Positions 48,385 to 60,422 are shown, counted from the stretch's first letter. The stretch is DNA of 64,000 nt from Hydrurus foetidus (GCA_900617105.1 UYFQ01000005.1:434001-498000); one strand, 5' to 3'. Made by a program: numbers and translations. The notes: a model not told the origin generated them from the letters alone.

Positions 48385-49500
48385 TTAGAACGAGTGACGC
48401 AGACCAAAATCCAAACCGGTCGAATTGCCATTGACAGCAGCGGTAGAACCGTTGAGTGCCAAAGCTGCGCCGTTTTTGCTCTTAGCAAAAGCTGCGGTTG
48501 TGTACAAAGCGGTACGCTTGGACAGGTTATATACATAACCAACCATGAACTGACCAGCGGAAGGATCGCCAGCCACCAAGTTCAGTTTTTGCTTGTAGTT
48601 AGCGTAAGAAGCACGCACTTCGCCCTGGTCCATTGGAGCGCTCACGCCCAACAGGTAGCCTTGGCCAGTGATGTTGCCGGTCGTTGGCTTAACTTTGTCT
48701 TGGTTGTACAAAGCAAACAGCTTAGCAACGCCCAGATCGTACGTACCACCGAAGTTGATGGTGCTTTCGTCGCCTGCAAAAGCGATATTAGGAGCAACGG
48801 CTTTGTATTTGGTTGAACCAAACGACAGCGCCACATCCAGAGGGCCTTGGGCGTAGCCCAAACGAGCACCAGCGCCTGTACCGTCTTTTTTGCCCACAGT
48901 GGTCACACCAGCGACCACGGTGTCAGCCGAGTTTTCACCCATGTAGTACTGAACTTGACCGTAGAAACCACCGAGGTTGCTAGGGGTGAAGTAGTTCACA
49001 GAGTTAGAAACACGAACACCTTTGGTCACGGATGACAGGCTCATTGCGCTGTCCATGATCGTGGCGCCAACACCGACATCACCTGTTGGGTCAAATGTAG
49101 ACACATTGCGGTAAGTCACTGCGAAATCACGACCCAAACGCACTTCACCGAAGTTGCCCAACAAGCTGACGGTCGAACGACGATTGAACGTCAATCCGCC
49201 ACCACCAGCTGCGCCGGTAGCTTGGTTGTTGGTGTTGGTGGCGCTAGCGGAACCGTTGTCCATTTGCTGACCGGCTTCCAACCAGAAACCAGCGGTCAAA
49301 CCGCCACCGAGATCTTCAACTCCACGAAAGCCCAGACGGCTGGTGGAATTGCCACCGTTGCCGAGCTTCGTCACGTTGGCAACAGAACCACGACCGTACT
49401 TGACAGCAGCATCTGCCACGCCAAACAAGGTTACAGAAGATTGGGCCAGTGCAGCACCAGAAGCGGCCAACACAGCCATAGCGACCAGGGTTTTTTTCAT
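48385..49500 (-). CDS. Gram-negative porin 2
   Basis: Same motifs; paralog of the adjacent porin. Confidence 0.95.
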   Translation of the reverse strand: MKKTLVAMAVLAASGAALAQSSVTLFGVADAAVKYGRGSVANVTKLGNGGNSTSRLGFRGVEDLGGGLTAGFWLEAGQQMDNGSASATNTNNQATGAAGGGGLTFNRRSTVSLLGNFGEVRLGRDFAVTYRNVSTFDPTGDVGVGATIMDSAMSLSSVTKGVRVSNSVNYFTPSNLGGFYGQVQYYMGENSADTVVAGVTTVGKKDGTGAGARLGYAQGPLDVALSFGSTKYKAVAPNIAFAGDESTINFGGTYDLGVAKLFALYNQDKVKPTTGNITGQGYLLGVSAPMDQGEVRASYANYKQKLNLVAGDPSAGQFMVGYVYNLSKRTALYTTAAFAKSKNGAALALNGSTAAVNGNSTGLDFGLRHSF

Positions 49501-49772
49501 TGCGAATTACTCCAAAGTTTAAAAAGAGGACCTTGTTATGAAGAACTTGACTTCAGTGCCTGGGCCCGACATCCCGTTTAAGGGCATAAGTGAACTGTAT
49601 CAATTGAAAATTTAATCAAGCGAGGTTTCCCTGACTTTATTTCATTTTTAGCCATAAAAACAACAAACCAAGGGAAACCATGTAGCTATCACACAACAAC
49701 AAAAGATAGGCTTTTCACGTTGATTTAAGGGTTAATGCTAACAGGGTTTTTACTCAGCACTATAGTGATGCT

Positions 49773-50393
49773 ATGGACACTCTGATGACAGCCTTGGACA
49801 GCGCCTTGCGCACGCTGTTTGCGCCCGCGCACCCCAGCACACCCTGCCCCACAGCAACAAGCTCCGGGCAAGCATTAACGGCAGCAGACAAAGCCCATGC
49901 GGGAGCGCTGATGCGGATCAACCATGTGGGGGAGGTGTGCGCACAAGCGCTGTACACCGCTCAGGCATTGGCGACGCGCGATGACGCATTGCGCCAGCAA
50001 CTGCGGCACGCAGCCGCAGAAGAAACCGATCACTTGGCCTGGACACAACAGCGCCTGACGGAGCTGAACACCCACCCCTCACGGCTGAACCCGCTGTGGT
50101 ATGCAGGGGCTTTTGGTATCGGATTGGTAGCAGGCAAGCTAGGAGGAGATAGCTTGAGCCTGGGTTTTGTGGAGGAAACAGAAAACCAAGTCACGGCACA
50201 TTTAGAGCGCCACCTGAGTCAGTTGCCAGTGGATGACCACGCCTCTCGCGCTATCGTGAGCCGCATGCGTGATGACGAGGCCCGCCATGCCGCGCAGGCA
50301 CGCGAGGCGGGGGCAGTGACACTGCCCGCCCCCGTTCAAGGCTTGATGCGGCTGGCCTCGAAGGTGATGACCACCGTGGCCTACCGCATCTGA
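49773..50393 (+). CDS. coq7: 2-polyprenyl-3-methyl-6-methoxy-1,4-benzoquinol hydroxylase
   Basis: MRINHVGEVCAQALY, EE.DH, ETE.QV..HL, DE..H di-iron motifs. Confidence 0.93.
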   Translation: MDTLMTALDSALRTLFAPAHPSTPCPTATSSGQALTAADKAHAGALMRINHVGEVCAQALYTAQALATRDDALRQQLRHAAAEETDHLAWTQQRLTELNTHPSRLNPLWYAGAFGIGLVAGKLGGDSLSLGFVEETENQVTAHLERHLSQLPVDDHASRAIVSRMRDDEARHAAQAREAGAVTLPAPVQGLMRLASKVMTTVAYRI

Positions 50394-50416
50394 GTGCTAA
50401 ACGGCATTAACCCGCG

Positions 50417-52228
50417 TTAAGCAGAAGCGGCAAGCTCGGTATTGCGCAAACGAATATGCAGCTCGCGCAGCTGCTTCTCATCCACGGGGCTAGGGGCTTG
50501 CGTCAGCAAATCTTGCGCACGCTGGGTTTTGGGGAAGGCGATCACGTCACGGATCGAATCTGCCCCCGTCATCAGCATCACCAAGCGGTCTAGGCCGATA
50601 GCGATACCGCCGTGGGGCGGTGCACCGTATTGCAGCGCGTCCAGCAAGAAGCCAAACTTGTTTTGCGCATCTTCAGCGCTGATTTTGAGGGCGCGGAAGA
50701 CCTTGCTCTGCACTTCTTCGCGGTGAATACGAACGGAACCACCGCCCATTTCGATGCCGTTCAGCACCATGTCGTAGGCTTTGGCGATGCACTGGTCTGG
50801 CGCGGTGTCCATCAGGTCTTCGTGGCCGTCTTTAGGTGCCGTGAAGGGATGGTGAACGGCTGACCAACGCTGACCTTCTTCGTCGTACTCGAACATCGGG
50901 AAATCGACCACCCACAGCGGTGCCCAGCGGTCTTCAAACAGACCGGTTTTTTTACCGAAAGCACTGTGGCCAATTTTGATGCGCAACGCGCCAATGGCAT
51001 CGTTGACCACTTTGGCTTTGTCGGCACCAAAAAACAGCAAGTCGCCATTTTGTGCACCGGTGCGGGCGACGATTTCAGCGAGCGTAGCGTCGTCCAAGTT
51101 CTTAACGATAGGGCTTTGCAAGCCATCACGGCCTGTCGCCACGTCGTTGACTTTGATGTAGGCCAAGCCTTTAGCACCGTAAATTTTGACGAACTCGGTG
51201 TAGCCGTCAATGTCACCGCGGCTCAGACCGCCTTCAGCGCCACCGCCGGGCACGCGCAAGGCGACCACGCGACCTTTGGGGCTGTTGGCAGCACCGGCGA
51301 ACACTTTGAATTCCACCGTCTTCATCAGCTCGGTCAACTCGGTGAATGCCAGCTTGACCCGCAAATCAGGCTTGTCGGAACCGTACAGGTGCATGGCATC
51401 GCCATAGGTCATCACCGGGAAATCACCCAAATCGACGTTGGCAGCGTTCATGAACACCTTGCGGATCATGCCCTGGAACATCTCACGGATTTCCTCTTCG
51501 GCCATGAACGAGGTTTCAATGTCGATCTGCGTGAACTCGGGCTGGCGATCCGCACGCAAGTCTTCGTCACGGAAGCATTTGGTGATTTGGTAGTAACGGT
51601 CGTAACCCGCCACCATCAGCAACTGCTTGAACAGCTGGGGTGACTGAGGCAACGCAAAGAAACTGCCGTCATGCACGCGGCTGGGCACCAAATAATCCCG
51701 CGCCCCTTCGGGCGTGGACTTGCCAAGCATGGGGGTTTCGATGTCGATAAAACCGTTGGCATCGAGGAACTTGCGGGTTTCCATCGTCACCTTGTAACGC
51801 AGCATCAGGTTGCGCTGCATGGCAGGGCGACGCAGGTCAAGCACGCGGTGAGTGAGGCGGGTCGTCTCACTCAAGTTGTCGTCATCAATCTGGAACGGCG
51901 GGGTCACAGAGGGGTTGAGCACCGTCAGCTCATAGGCCAGCACTTCGATCTTGCCGCTCTTTAAACCGTCGTTGACGGTGCCAGCGGGACGGGCACGCAC
52001 CAAGCCCTTGATCTGGACACAAAACTCGTTGCGTACCTCTTCGGCCACCTTGAAGGTGTCGGCGCGGTCAGGGTCGCACACCACCTGAACGTAACCTTCG
52101 CGGTCTCGCACATCTACAAAGATCACACCACCGTGGTCACGGCGGCGGTTGACCCAACCACACAGGGTCACGGTTTGGCCTAACAGGGCTTCGGTCACCA
52201 GACCGCAATAATGGGAACGCATGGTCAT
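50417..52228 (-). CDS. aspS: aspartate--tRNA ligase (probably non-discriminating)
   Basis: RRDHGG, LPQSPQ, FRDEDLR, GAPPHGG. Confidence 0.97.
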   Translation of the reverse strand: MTMRSHYCGLVTEALLGQTVTLCGWVNRRRDHGGVIFVDVRDREGYVQVVCDPDRADTFKVAEEVRNEFCVQIKGLVRARPAGTVNDGLKSGKIEVLAYELTVLNPSVTPPFQIDDDNLSETTRLTHRVLDLRRPAMQRNLMLRYKVTMETRKFLDANGFIDIETPMLGKSTPEGARDYLVPSRVHDGSFFALPQSPQLFKQLLMVAGYDRYYQITKCFRDEDLRADRQPEFTQIDIETSFMAEEEIREMFQGMIRKVFMNAANVDLGDFPVMTYGDAMHLYGSDKPDLRVKLAFTELTELMKTVEFKVFAGAANSPKGRVVALRVPGGGAEGGLSRGDIDGYTEFVKIYGAKGLAYIKVNDVATGRDGLQSPIVKNLDDATLAEIVARTGAQNGDLLFFGADKAKVVNDAIGALRIKIGHSAFGKKTGLFEDRWAPLWVVDFPMFEYDEEGQRWSAVHHPFTAPKDGHEDLMDTAPDQCIAKAYDMVLNGIEMGGGSVRIHREEVQSKVFRALKISAEDAQNKFGFLLDALQYGAPPHGGIAIGLDRLVMLMTGADSIRDVIAFPKTQRAQDLLTQAPSPVDEKQLRELHIRLRNTELAASA

Positions 52229-52308
52229 ACAACTGCTCTCGCTGAGCCTGCGCAGAACGCAGGGTTAAACAAACTGAAAAACGGAAGAAATCACAAAAAT
52301 CAGAGGAC

Positions 52309-52935
52309 TTACTTGCCAAAATGACCGGGAGGGGCAACCTTCAAAGGTGTCACCACACCCATAGAGACGACGTATTTCAGCGCCTCATCCACACTCATTT
52401 TGAGCTCAATACAGTCGCTCTTTTTGAGCATCACAAAGTAGCCACCCGTCGGGTTAGGCGTGGTCGGCACGTAGACGCTGAGGTACTCACCGTGCAGGTA
52501 ATTCACCACATCCCCACCGGGCACACCGGTAACAAAGCCAATCGTCCACACATCGGGACGCGGCCATTGCACCAGCACAGCGGTGCGAAAAGCATTGCCA
52601 GACTCTGAAAACAAGGTGTCAGAAACCTGCTTGACCCCGGAATAAATAGAGCGCACCACGGGGATGCGGTTCAGCAACGAATCCCACCACGTCACCAGCT
52701 TGCGGCCCAAGAAGTTGCTGGCGGTGGCCCCCACGAGCAACAAAATCGCCAGCGCCAACAACACGCCAAAGCCAGGAATGTGAAACCCAATCAACCGATC
52801 AGGATGCCATGCTTCGGGCAAGATCAGCAGGGTTTTGTCCAGCACGGCAATCACGCCCTCCAGCACCCAAGCGGTGATGGCGACAGGCACGATAACCAGC
52901 AAGCCAGCCAACAACCATTTGCGAAAAGCAGCCAT
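52309..52935 (-). CDS. DUF502 membrane protein
   Basis: IPVVRSIY, PTTPNPTGG. Confidence 0.88.
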   Translation of the reverse strand: MAAFRKWLLAGLLVIVPVAITAWVLEGVIAVLDKTLLILPEAWHPDRLIGFHIPGFGVLLALAILLLVGATASNFLGRKLVTWWDSLLNRIPVVRSIYSGVKQVSDTLFSESGNAFRTAVLVQWPRPDVWTIGFVTGVPGGDVVNYLHGEYLSVYVPTTPNPTGGYFVMLKKSDCIELKMSVDEALKYVVSMGVVTPLKVAPPGHFGK

Positions 52936-52976
52936 AGGAATGTAGAAAAGAGGTGAAAAACGGGGGTGGGAGGCGG

Positions 52977-53324
52977 TTACGGTGCAGCCGAAGGGCTGGA
53001 GGCCGCAGGCGCTGGAGCTGGAGCTGGAGCCGCACTGGGCACAGCACTGCTGGCCGTGCTGCCAGACTGAGCCGCGTCAGACTTGGTTTCAGCCTTGGTT
53101 TCAGCAGCTTTGTCGGTCGCCAGGGCGGGGGCAGAAGTCGCGCCACCTTTGAAATCGGTGGCGTACCAGCCAGTGCCTTTGAGCTGGAACCCAGCTGCCG
53201 TGAGTTGCTTTTTGAATGTGGCTTGGCCGCAAGCGGGGCAGTCACTCAACACGGGGTCTGACATCTTTTGCAGAACATCCTTAGCAAGCCCGCAGGACTC
53301 GCATTTGTAAGCGTAGATTGGCAT
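52977..53324 (-). CDS. FmdB-family zinc-ribbon protein
   Basis: MPIYAYKC..CG, CPACG, KGTGWYATDF. Confidence 0.9.
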   Translation of the reverse strand: MPIYAYKCESCGLAKDVLQKMSDPVLSDCPACGQATFKKQLTAAGFQLKGTGWYATDFKGGATSAPALATDKAAETKAETKSDAAQSGSTASSAVPSAAPAPAPAPAASSPSAAP

Positions 53325-53385
53325 GTCAGTAGTGGGCAGAGGTTAGGGGCAAAGCCTTCAATTATAAGACTTGGCGGTACGCCGT

Positions 53386-54825
53386 TTACCTCTTGCCCGC
53401 CCTCCCCCTTTGACCGTCCTTTGCCCCCCCCTGCGACAGCAAGGAACCCAGCACCATACCCAAGACTGCCGCCAACAAACCCATCAACTGGGCAGGCAAG
53501 GCCTCGCCCCACGGCGTTGCAAGAAACAGCACCCAGGTCAGCAAACCCAGGATGATGGAGAGCAAAGCCCCTTGCGTGGTGGCACGCGGCCAGTACAAAC
53601 CCGCCACCAGCGGCACAAAAGCCCCCACCAGCGTCACTTGGTACGCCCCCGAGACCATCTCGTAAATCGGCGTACCTTGCATTTTGATGGCATAGACCAG
53701 CACCAACACGCTGAACACCAGCACGGTGACACGCATGGTGGCAAGCTCACTGTGGTCGCTCATTTGGGGGCGAAATTGCCGCCAAATATTCTCTACAAAC
53801 GTCACACTGGGTGCCAGCAGTGTGGCAGATGCACTTGATTTGATAGCAGATAACAACGCGCCAAAGAACAGCACCTGCATCACAAACGGCATTTTTTCGA
53901 GCACCAAGGTGGGCAGCACCTTTTGCGGATCGTCTTTTAGCAGCACCGCTGTTTGCTCCGGCATGATGAGCAGCGCACTGGCCACCAAAAACATGGGGAC
54001 AAAGGCGAACAGGATGTAGCAGATACCACCAATCACCGGCCCCCGCGTGGCCGCGTGTGGGCTGTTGGCCGACATCACGCGCTGAAACACGTCTTGCTGC
54101 GGAATCGAGCCGAACATCATGGTGATGGCGGCTGCGAAAAAGAACAGCATGTCTTTGAAGCTGGGCTCGGGCCAAAAGCGGAACAGGTCTTTGCTGACCG
54201 CAAACGCCACCACTTTGCCAGCCCCGCCCGCCATGTTCCCCGCGAACACCGCCAAAATCGCCAGGCCACCCACCAAAATAATCATCTGGATGAAATCCGT
54301 CACCGCCACCGACCACATGCCACCAAAGAGCGTGTAGGCCAAGATAGACACCACGCCAATCACCATCCCCACCGGGATGCTGATGGCCCCAGCGGACAGC
54401 ACGTTGAACACCAACCCCAAGGCCGTCACCTGCGCCGACACCCAGCCCAGGTAGCTCAGCATGATGATGAGCGAGCACAGTACCTCCACGGTACGGCCAA
54501 AGCGGTTGCGGTAATAGTCGCTGATGGTCAGCAAATCCATTTTGTAGAGCTTGCCCGCAAAGAACAGCCCCACCAAAATCAAGCAGGTTCCCGCGCCAAA
54601 CGGATCTTCCACCACGCCATTCAGCCCGCTGTTGACAAATTTAGCCGGTATACCCAGCACAGTTTCTGAGCCAAACCACGTCGCGAACGTGGTGGTCACG
54701 ATCATCGCCAGCGGCAACCTGCGACCAGCGATGGCGAAATCTGCCGAATTTTTAACCCGCCTCGCAGCGATCAGGCCAATCGCGATCGTGACCAGCAAAT
54801 AAATGAAAACCAGTGTTAACAGCAC
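53386..54825 (-). CDS. sodium:solute symporter family protein
   Basis: DFAIAGR, GGMWSVAVTD, QD.FQR. Confidence 0.9.
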   Translation of the reverse strand: MLLTLVFIYLLVTIAIGLIAARRVKNSADFAIAGRRLPLAMIVTTTFATWFGSETVLGIPAKFVNSGLNGVVEDPFGAGTCLILVGLFFAGKLYKMDLLTISDYYRNRFGRTVEVLCSLIIMLSYLGWVSAQVTALGLVFNVLSAGAISIPVGMVIGVVSILAYTLFGGMWSVAVTDFIQMIILVGGLAILAVFAGNMAGGAGKVVAFAVSKDLFRFWPEPSFKDMLFFFAAAITMMFGSIPQQDVFQRVMSANSPHAATRGPVIGGICYILFAFVPMFLVASALLIMPEQTAVLLKDDPQKVLPTLVLEKMPFVMQVLFFGALLSAIKSSASATLLAPSVTFVENIWRQFRPQMSDHSELATMRVTVLVFSVLVLVYAIKMQGTPIYEMVSGAYQVTLVGAFVPLVAGLYWPRATTQGALLSIILGLLTWVLFLATPWGEALPAQLMGLLAAVLGMVLGSLLSQGGAKDGQRGRAGKR

Positions 54826-54845
54826 AAAACACCTCTAGAACAACC

Positions 54846-56417
54846 TTAAAACAACTTCACCCGCACCACCAACTGCATCACTATCAGCCCCAGCGTGAAG
54901 CCCAGTGCACCATAAATCAAACCTTGCAGCAGCTTGTTGGTTTTGTGCTGCGCCTCCAGCAACGCTTGCAAGCTCCGTTCCTGTGCAGATGTACTGGTGT
55001 GTTGCTTCAAAAACTCAGCCATCAAGCGTGGCAGCTCAGGCAGGAACTTGGCGTAGCGTGGCGCTTCGGCTTTGAGCTGGTCGATGAGCTTTTGGGGGCC
55101 GACTTGGTTCAGCATCCAGGTTTCCAAAAATGGCTTGGCCGTGGCCCACAAGTCCAGTTCAGGGTCAAGCTGACGACCCAGGCCTTCGATGTTGAGCAGG
55201 GTTTTTTGCAGCAGCACCAACTGCGGCTGGATTTCCACCTGAAAGCGGCGTGAGGTTTGGAACAAACGCATCAGCACCAGCCCCAGCGAAATCTCTTTCA
55301 GCGGACGGTCAAAGTACGGCTCGCACACCGAGCGAATAGCAGACTCCAGCTCGTCCACCCGCGTCGTCGCAGGCACCCAGCCTGATTCGATGTGCAATTC
55401 GGCCACGCGCTTGTAATCGCGCCGGAAAAACGCGGTGAAGTTTTGCGCCAAATACTCTTTGTCCACCTCGGTCAGCGTACCGACGATGCCGAAATCCAGC
55501 GAAATGTAGCGCCCCAGCGTCTCGGGCGCGGTGCTGACCATGATGTTGCCGGGGTGCATGTCGGCATGGAAAAAGCCATCGCGAAACACCTGGGTGAAAA
55601 ACAGCGTGACACCATCGCGGGCCAGTTGCTTCAGATCCACACCGGCCTCGATCAGTTTGTCGGTCTGGTTGATGGGGATGCCGGTCATGCGCTCCATCAC
55701 CATCACTTCGGGGTGGCAGTAATCCCAAAACATCTCGGGAATCAGCACCAAATTCAGCCCCGCCATGTTGCGGCGCAACTGGGCAGCGCTGGAGGCCTCT
55801 CGGATCAAATCCAGCTCGTCGTGCAGGTACTTGTCGAACTCGGCCACCACCTCACGCGGCTTGAGGCGCTTGCCGTCAGCGGATGCACCGTCCACCCATC
55901 CGGCCATCATCCTCATCAGGCTCAGGTCTTTCTCGATAGCGGGCAGCATGTTCGGGCGCAGCACCTTGACGGCCACGTCGCGCTCCACACCCTCGCGGGT
56001 CAAAATGCGGGCAAAGTGAACCTGGGCGATGGACGCACTGGCCACGGGCACACGGTCAAACGCGGTAAATATCTGGTCAATCGGTTTGCGAAAGGCCCGC
56101 TCGATGGTCGCGACCGCCACCTCGGAGCCAAACGGCGGCACGCGGTCTTGCAACAAGGCCAGCTCGTCGGAAATGTCCACCGGCAGCAGGTCGCGGCGGG
56201 TCGAGAGCACTTGGCCAAACTTCACAAAAATCGGCCCCAACTGCTCCAGCGCCTCGCGTAAACGCTGGCCGCGTGGCGCGTCCAGCTTGCGGCCCAGCGT
56301 GATAACACGGGTCAGGCGGCGCAACCAGGGGTGCGAAAAACTGGAGAGCACCAGCTCGTCCAGCCCGTAGCGCAGCACGATCAGCAGGATGTACGCGCCG
56401 CGCATGAAGCGCGTCAT
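54846..56417 (-). CDS. ubiB: ubiquinone biosynthesis kinase-like protein UbiB
   Basis: [36 protein letters not shown]. Confidence 0.95.
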   Translation of the reverse strand: MTRFMRGAYILLIVLRYGLDELVLSSFSHPWLRRLTRVITLGRKLDAPRGQRLREALEQLGPIFVKFGQVLSTRRDLLPVDISDELALLQDRVPPFGSEVAVATIERAFRKPIDQIFTAFDRVPVASASIAQVHFARILTREGVERDVAVKVLRPNMLPAIEKDLSLMRMMAGWVDGASADGKRLKPREVVAEFDKYLHDELDLIREASSAAQLRRNMAGLNLVLIPEMFWDYCHPEVMVMERMTGIPINQTDKLIEAGVDLKQLARDGVTLFFTQVFRDGFFHADMHPGNIMVSTAPETLGRYISLDFGIVGTLTEVDKEYLAQNFTAFFRRDYKRVAELHIESGWVPATTRVDELESAIRSVCEPYFDRPLKEISLGLVLMRLFQTSRRFQVEIQPQLVLLQKTLLNIEGLGRQLDPELDLWATAKPFLETWMLNQVGPQKLIDQLKAEAPRYAKFLPELPRLMAEFLKQHTSTSAQERSLQALLEAQHKTNKLLQGLIYGALGFTLGLIVMQLVVRVKLF

Positions 56418-56974
56418 GGCGCGGACTTTCGCTCAGCACTGGATGCAGGGCCACGGGGTAAATTTGCGGCAAACCCACGCAAGGCGCTGGCCATGCCCTG
56501 GCCGATTTGCCCCAAACGGTGGGCCATCACATCGCCCACGATTTTTGACAAGTCTTCTTCAATGTCCCAGCGTACATGGTCTACCAGCCAGTTCACTTCG
56601 GCAGCAAGCTGCACATCGCCCTCGATACGCACCTCGGGTTTGTCGCCGCGCAGGGTTTTTTGCAGCACATCGAAAGGGGAAGCCTGGGTCACGGTCAGCG
56701 TCAAATCAGGTGCGGCACCCAGTGCAGCCACGTCCAATAAGCCTGCAGGCGTAGCTACCAAATTAAGAGCAAACAAACGCCACTGAATGAGGGCTATCTG
56801 CCCTTTTTGCCGTTGCAGGCGGGCCATCGCCTCGGGCTCTTGTTGCAGCACATGGTTGAGCAGCAGCACGATGCGGTGTTGCACCTCATGCACGGCCCAA
56901 GGGGGAGGGGAAAAACGGGTGGTCAGGGCGGTGAGTGCGCTGTCCAGCAATGAAAAAGGAGACTGTGTTGCCAT
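56414..56974 (-). CDS. ubiJ: UbiJ/SCP2-like protein
   Basis: [22 protein letters not shown]; lies between ubiE and ubiB. Confidence 0.8.
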   Translation of the reverse strand: MATQSPFSLLDSALTALTTRFSPPPWAVHEVQHRIVLLLNHVLQQEPEAMARLQRQKGQIALIQWRLFALNLVATPAGLLDVAALGAAPDLTLTVTQASPFDVLQKTLRGDKPEVRIEGDVQLAAEVNWLVDHVRWDIEEDLSKIVGDVMAHRLGQIGQGMASALRGFAANLPRGPASSAERKSAP

Positions 56975-57047
56975 AGTCTCCTATTATTGCGAATTTCAAC
57001 GCACGCTTCACGGCGGCGTTCACCGCCAAGCCTTTCGGCCACAGGGC

Positions 57048-58067
57048 TTACTGCAAAGCCTGCACCCCTGCGACCAACCAGCCACCGCCGGTTTTGCCTT
57101 TGGTCATGTTCCAGACCTCGCGGAAAGAACTCGGGCCCGCAGAAGCGTCTTCGCGGATCATCCCTGAGAACTCCACGCTGGCCATGTAGCTGTCGGCCAA
57201 CTCTTCAATGCCCAGCAACTGCGCTTCCAGCACCATCACCTCGGTTTTATTGGGGTTGGTGCCGCCGTGGGATTCGCGCTCGGCCAGTTGGTTTTTGATC
57301 TCGCTGAGCATGCCGTCCGTCATCATCACCCGCAGAGCAGGAATGTCGGAGCGGTCCCAAGCGTCTTGCAGGTTGATGAAATTGCCTTTGGCGGAACTCA
57401 AGAAACCTGCAGTGTCAAAGTCAGCGGGCACGCTCCAGGCTTGTGAACCGCGCAACGCGGAAGCACCGGCGGCAACACCAGCAGCAGCACCGCTGGCATC
57501 AGGTGATGATTTGTTCAGGTCAAACGCCATGCTGTTGCGCTCCCAAGGGCGGGCAGACGCATCGTTACCCACGTTTTCAGGGTTATAGCTGCGAGGGGCA
57601 GCGGCATTCGCGGGGGCACCACCGGCACCTTGCAGGGCAAAACCACCGCGCTGCATCCCCATGTTGCCCCCCTCTTGACGGGCTTTGCGGGCACGCATCA
57701 CCGCGCCAATCACCACCATGACGACCAACACCAACAGGGCAATCATGATGAACTCACCAAACGCGGCACCCAGACCCAGCGAACTCGCCAGCCAAGCCAG
57801 CCCCAGACCCGCAGCCAAGCCCCCCAACATCGCACCCCAAGGACGCTTGGGAGCTGCGGCCGCAGGCGTGGGTGCACCGGGCCGAGCCGCTGCAGCACTC
57901 TGCGCAGGGCTGCCTGCTGTGGTAGGTGCAGCACCAGCACCGTCGCGCTGCGCCACATTGCTGGACTGTTGCCCGGTTGATTTACCCCCGCCCATGCGGC
58001 GAGCGGCATCGGCGTTCACGCTGGCAAAAGCCAGTGCGGCCACAAGGACGAGAGATAAGAGTTTCAT
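57048..58067 (-). CDS. Tim44-like domain protein
   Basis: RRMGGG, LQDAWD, SVEFSG, EVW, WLVAG.Q. Confidence 0.85.
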   Translation of the reverse strand: MKLLSLVLVAALAFASVNADAARRMGGGKSTGQQSSNVAQRDGAGAAPTTAGSPAQSAAAARPGAPTPAAAAPKRPWGAMLGGLAAGLGLAWLASSLGLGAAFGEFIMIALLVLVVMVVIGAVMRARKARQEGGNMGMQRGGFALQGAGGAPANAAAPRSYNPENVGNDASARPWERNSMAFDLNKSSPDASGAAAGVAAGASALRGSQAWSVPADFDTAGFLSSAKGNFINLQDAWDRSDIPALRVMMTDGMLSEIKNQLAERESHGGTNPNKTEVMVLEAQLLGIEELADSYMASVEFSGMIREDASAGPSSFREVWNMTKGKTGGGWLVAGVQALQ

Positions 58068-58154
58068 TTTTGACTCCTGACAGTTTTACTTTTCAACGGC
58101 TGCTTTTTGACAGCTACTTTCCGACGGCGCTACGCTGGTGACAGTCCATCTCAA

Positions 58155-58886
58155 TCAACACTTTATGCCAACATGCAAAGCCACAACGCCACCAGTCATA
58201 TTGTGGTAATCGACATGGCCAAATCCGCACGATTTCATCAATGTTTTCAACTCTTCTTGGCCAGGGTGCATACGGATAGATTCCGCCAAGTAGCGGTAAC
58301 TGGCCTCGTCCCCTGCCACCATCGAGCCTAATTTAGGCAAGATGTTGAACGAATACCAGTCATACGCCTTCTCCAGAGATGAGGCCACCTTTGAGAATTC
58401 CAAGACCAGCAGCTTGCCGCCGGGTTTCAGCACGCGGTTCATCTCGCTCAGCGCCACGTCTTTGTGCGTCATGTTGCGCAGACCAAAGGCGACGCTCACG
58501 CGGTCAAAGCTGGCATCGGCAAAAGGCAGCTTTTCGGCATCGCACACCAATGTAGGCAAGGCAAGCCCCTCGTCGAGCAGGCGGTCACGCCCGGTGCGCA
58601 GCATGGCCTCGTTGATGTCGGTGTGGACGACTTGGCCCGTTTTGCCGACTTTTTTAGCGAAGGCGCGGGCCAAATCGCCGGTGCCACCCGCGATGTCCAG
58701 CACGTGGTGCCCCTCGCGCAAATCGGCCACCAGCACGGTGTAGGCCTTCCAGGCGCGGTGCAGACCCATCGACATGAGATCGTTCATCACGTCGTACTTG
58801 CTGGCGACGGAATCAAACACGCCGCGCACGCGCTGCGCTTTTTCGCGCTCGTCTACCGATTGAAAACCAAAATGTGTTGTGCTCAT
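58155..58886 (-). CDS. ubiE: ubiquinone/menaquinone C-methyltransferase
   Basis: [34 protein letters not shown]. Confidence 0.96.
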   Translation of the reverse strand: MSTTHFGFQSVDEREKAQRVRGVFDSVASKYDVMNDLMSMGLHRAWKAYTVLVADLREGHHVLDIAGGTGDLARAFAKKVGKTGQVVHTDINEAMLRTGRDRLLDEGLALPTLVCDAEKLPFADASFDRVSVAFGLRNMTHKDVALSEMNRVLKPGGKLLVLEFSKVASSLEKAYDWYSFNILPKLGSMVAGDEASYRYLAESIRMHPGQEELKTLMKSCGFGHVDYHNMTGGVVALHVGIKC

Positions 58887-58938
58887 GGGCGCAATGTTAG
58901 GGCCAAACACCCCGCATCAGCCCCGGCACCGTGTGAAA

Positions 58939-59352
58939 TCAGTGGCTGGCGCAGCCGTGTCCGCCTTTTTCCAACATAGGCGCATCCCGCAGCACGCCAG
59001 CCGTGTGCAGCCGTTTCTCGTAATCCGCCCACAGCTGATCCTGCTGAGAGCCCAAAAAGTAGAGGAAATCCCACGAAAAAATACCCGTGTTGTGCCCGTC
59101 GGTGAAGCTGGGCTGCACGGCGTAATTGCCGACTTGCTCCAGCCCCGTCAAGCCCACCTCGCGCTTGCCAGTTTGCAAAATCTCCTGCCCCGGCCCGTGG
59201 CCTTGCACTTCGGCGGAAGGCGAGTAAATCCGCATCAACTCGAACGGAATCCGGAATTGCTTGCCGTCAGAAAATGCCACTTCCAGCACCCGCGATTTGG
59301 CGTGAACTGTCATCGCTTCGGGTGTGGGGGAATGAGGGGTTAAGCCTGCCAT
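58939..59352 (-). CDS. DUF971 / GBBH-N-like protein
   Basis: SPSAEVQGH, VGNYA, F.DGH.TGI.SW. Confidence 0.88.
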   Translation of the reverse strand: MAGLTPHSPTPEAMTVHAKSRVLEVAFSDGKQFRIPFELMRIYSPSAEVQGHGPGQEILQTGKREVGLTGLEQVGNYAVQPSFTDGHNTGIFSWDFLYFLGSQQDQLWADYEKRLHTAGVLRDAPMLEKGGHGCASH

Positions 59353-59510
59353 TGAAAAAATCTCTAGGTTATGAATAGGGGCTACGCTCTTGCACCTTCA
59401 CAGTTGAACACATCAATGCTGTGCCTGGAAGTGCGTTTGTGCGGCTGCGCCCCGCTGTGCTGTTGCCCTGGCTTTGATGGCGGGGGTGCGCTGGGTTTCG
59501 AGGATGGTGA

Positions 59511-60422
59511 TCAGTTGAGCATCCTCTGAACTTGCGCCAACGACAATCCCGTTGCTTGACTGATTTGCTGGGGGTTCATGCCACCAGCAGACAAGGCTTT
59601 AAGCATCGTGACCATCCCCTGCTCCATCCCCTTTTCCATCCCCTTTTCCATCCCCTTTTCCATTCCCTTTTCCATCCCCTCCATCCAACCTTCCTGATGC
59701 CCCTGTGCCTTCGCATCCCCCAGCAAGCTGGTTTCAATGCGCCGTTTGTCCAACCCGGCGTGGTACGTATCGAGCTCCGCATCACTGAACGCTGCCACGT
59801 TGACCAGCTCCAGGGCGCTGGCTATGTCGGCGTTGTTCAACATCTCGGCATCAGGTGCTAAGCCGCCCTCGCCCACTTCGTTCAAAAACCGCAGCCACAG
59901 CGCTTGCATTTGCCGCTGGATGCGGTTGTTTGGTTTGAATTTAGGCAGTTCAACAAACACAAACTGCAAGCCTTCCAAGCGCTCGTGGGTGTTCTCTAAG
60001 TTGACGATTTGGAAGTGGTGGTAGTAGTTGTCGGTGCGGTGGTCAAACACATCGTCAATCAGCGCCAGCGCGTACACGGGTTGCAGCTCACGGTAATCCT
60101 GCCCTTTTTTAAGCTGCTTGACGTAAGCCTGTGCGCCGCCAAACACGATGCGCTTCTCGAACGAGGAGCTCCACAGCATTTGCATCTCAACGATAAAGGT
60201 GCGGCCCTGGGTGTCGGTGCATTTGACATCGACGATGGAGTTCTTAAGCAAACCAGGGATTTCCGGCACTTGCTCGGGGGTCAGGTATTCCAGCTTCTCA
60301 ATGGGCTGGTCGTCAGGCAGCGGCAGCAAGGCGTTCAAGAAGCTGCGCAACAGGTGCTCATGCTCGCCAAACACGCGCTTGAACGCGAGGTCTATCTTGG
60401 GGTCGAGGTAGCGGATGGGCAT
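59511..60422 (-). CDS. Rpn family PD-(D/E)XK nuclease with GMEK repeats
   Basis: DLAFKRVFG, VDVKC, VEMQ, FVELPKF. Confidence 0.88.
   Translation of the reverse strand: MPIRYLDPKIDLAFKRVFGEHEHLLRSFLNALLPLPDDQPIEKLEYLTPEQVPEIPGLLKNSIVDVKCTDTQGRTFIVEMQMLWSSSFEKRIVFGGAQAYVKQLKKGQDYRELQPVYALALIDDVFDHRTDNYYHHFQIVNLENTHERLEGLQFVFVELPKFKPNNRIQRQMQALWLRFLNEVGEGGLAPDAEMLNNADIASALELVNVAAFSDAELDTYHAGLDKRRIETSLLGDAKAQGHQEGWMEGMEKGMEKGMEKGMEKGMEQGMVTMLKALSAGGMNPQQISQATGLSLAQVQRMLN
59612..59685 (-). repeat. 12-bp coding tandem repeat (GMEK)n
   Basis: About five TCCATCCCCTTT-like units. Confidence 0.9.

Noticed and set aside
59612..59685. Possible CRISPR-like repeats
   Set aside because: Contiguous 12-bp coding units with no spacers; no cas genes in the window
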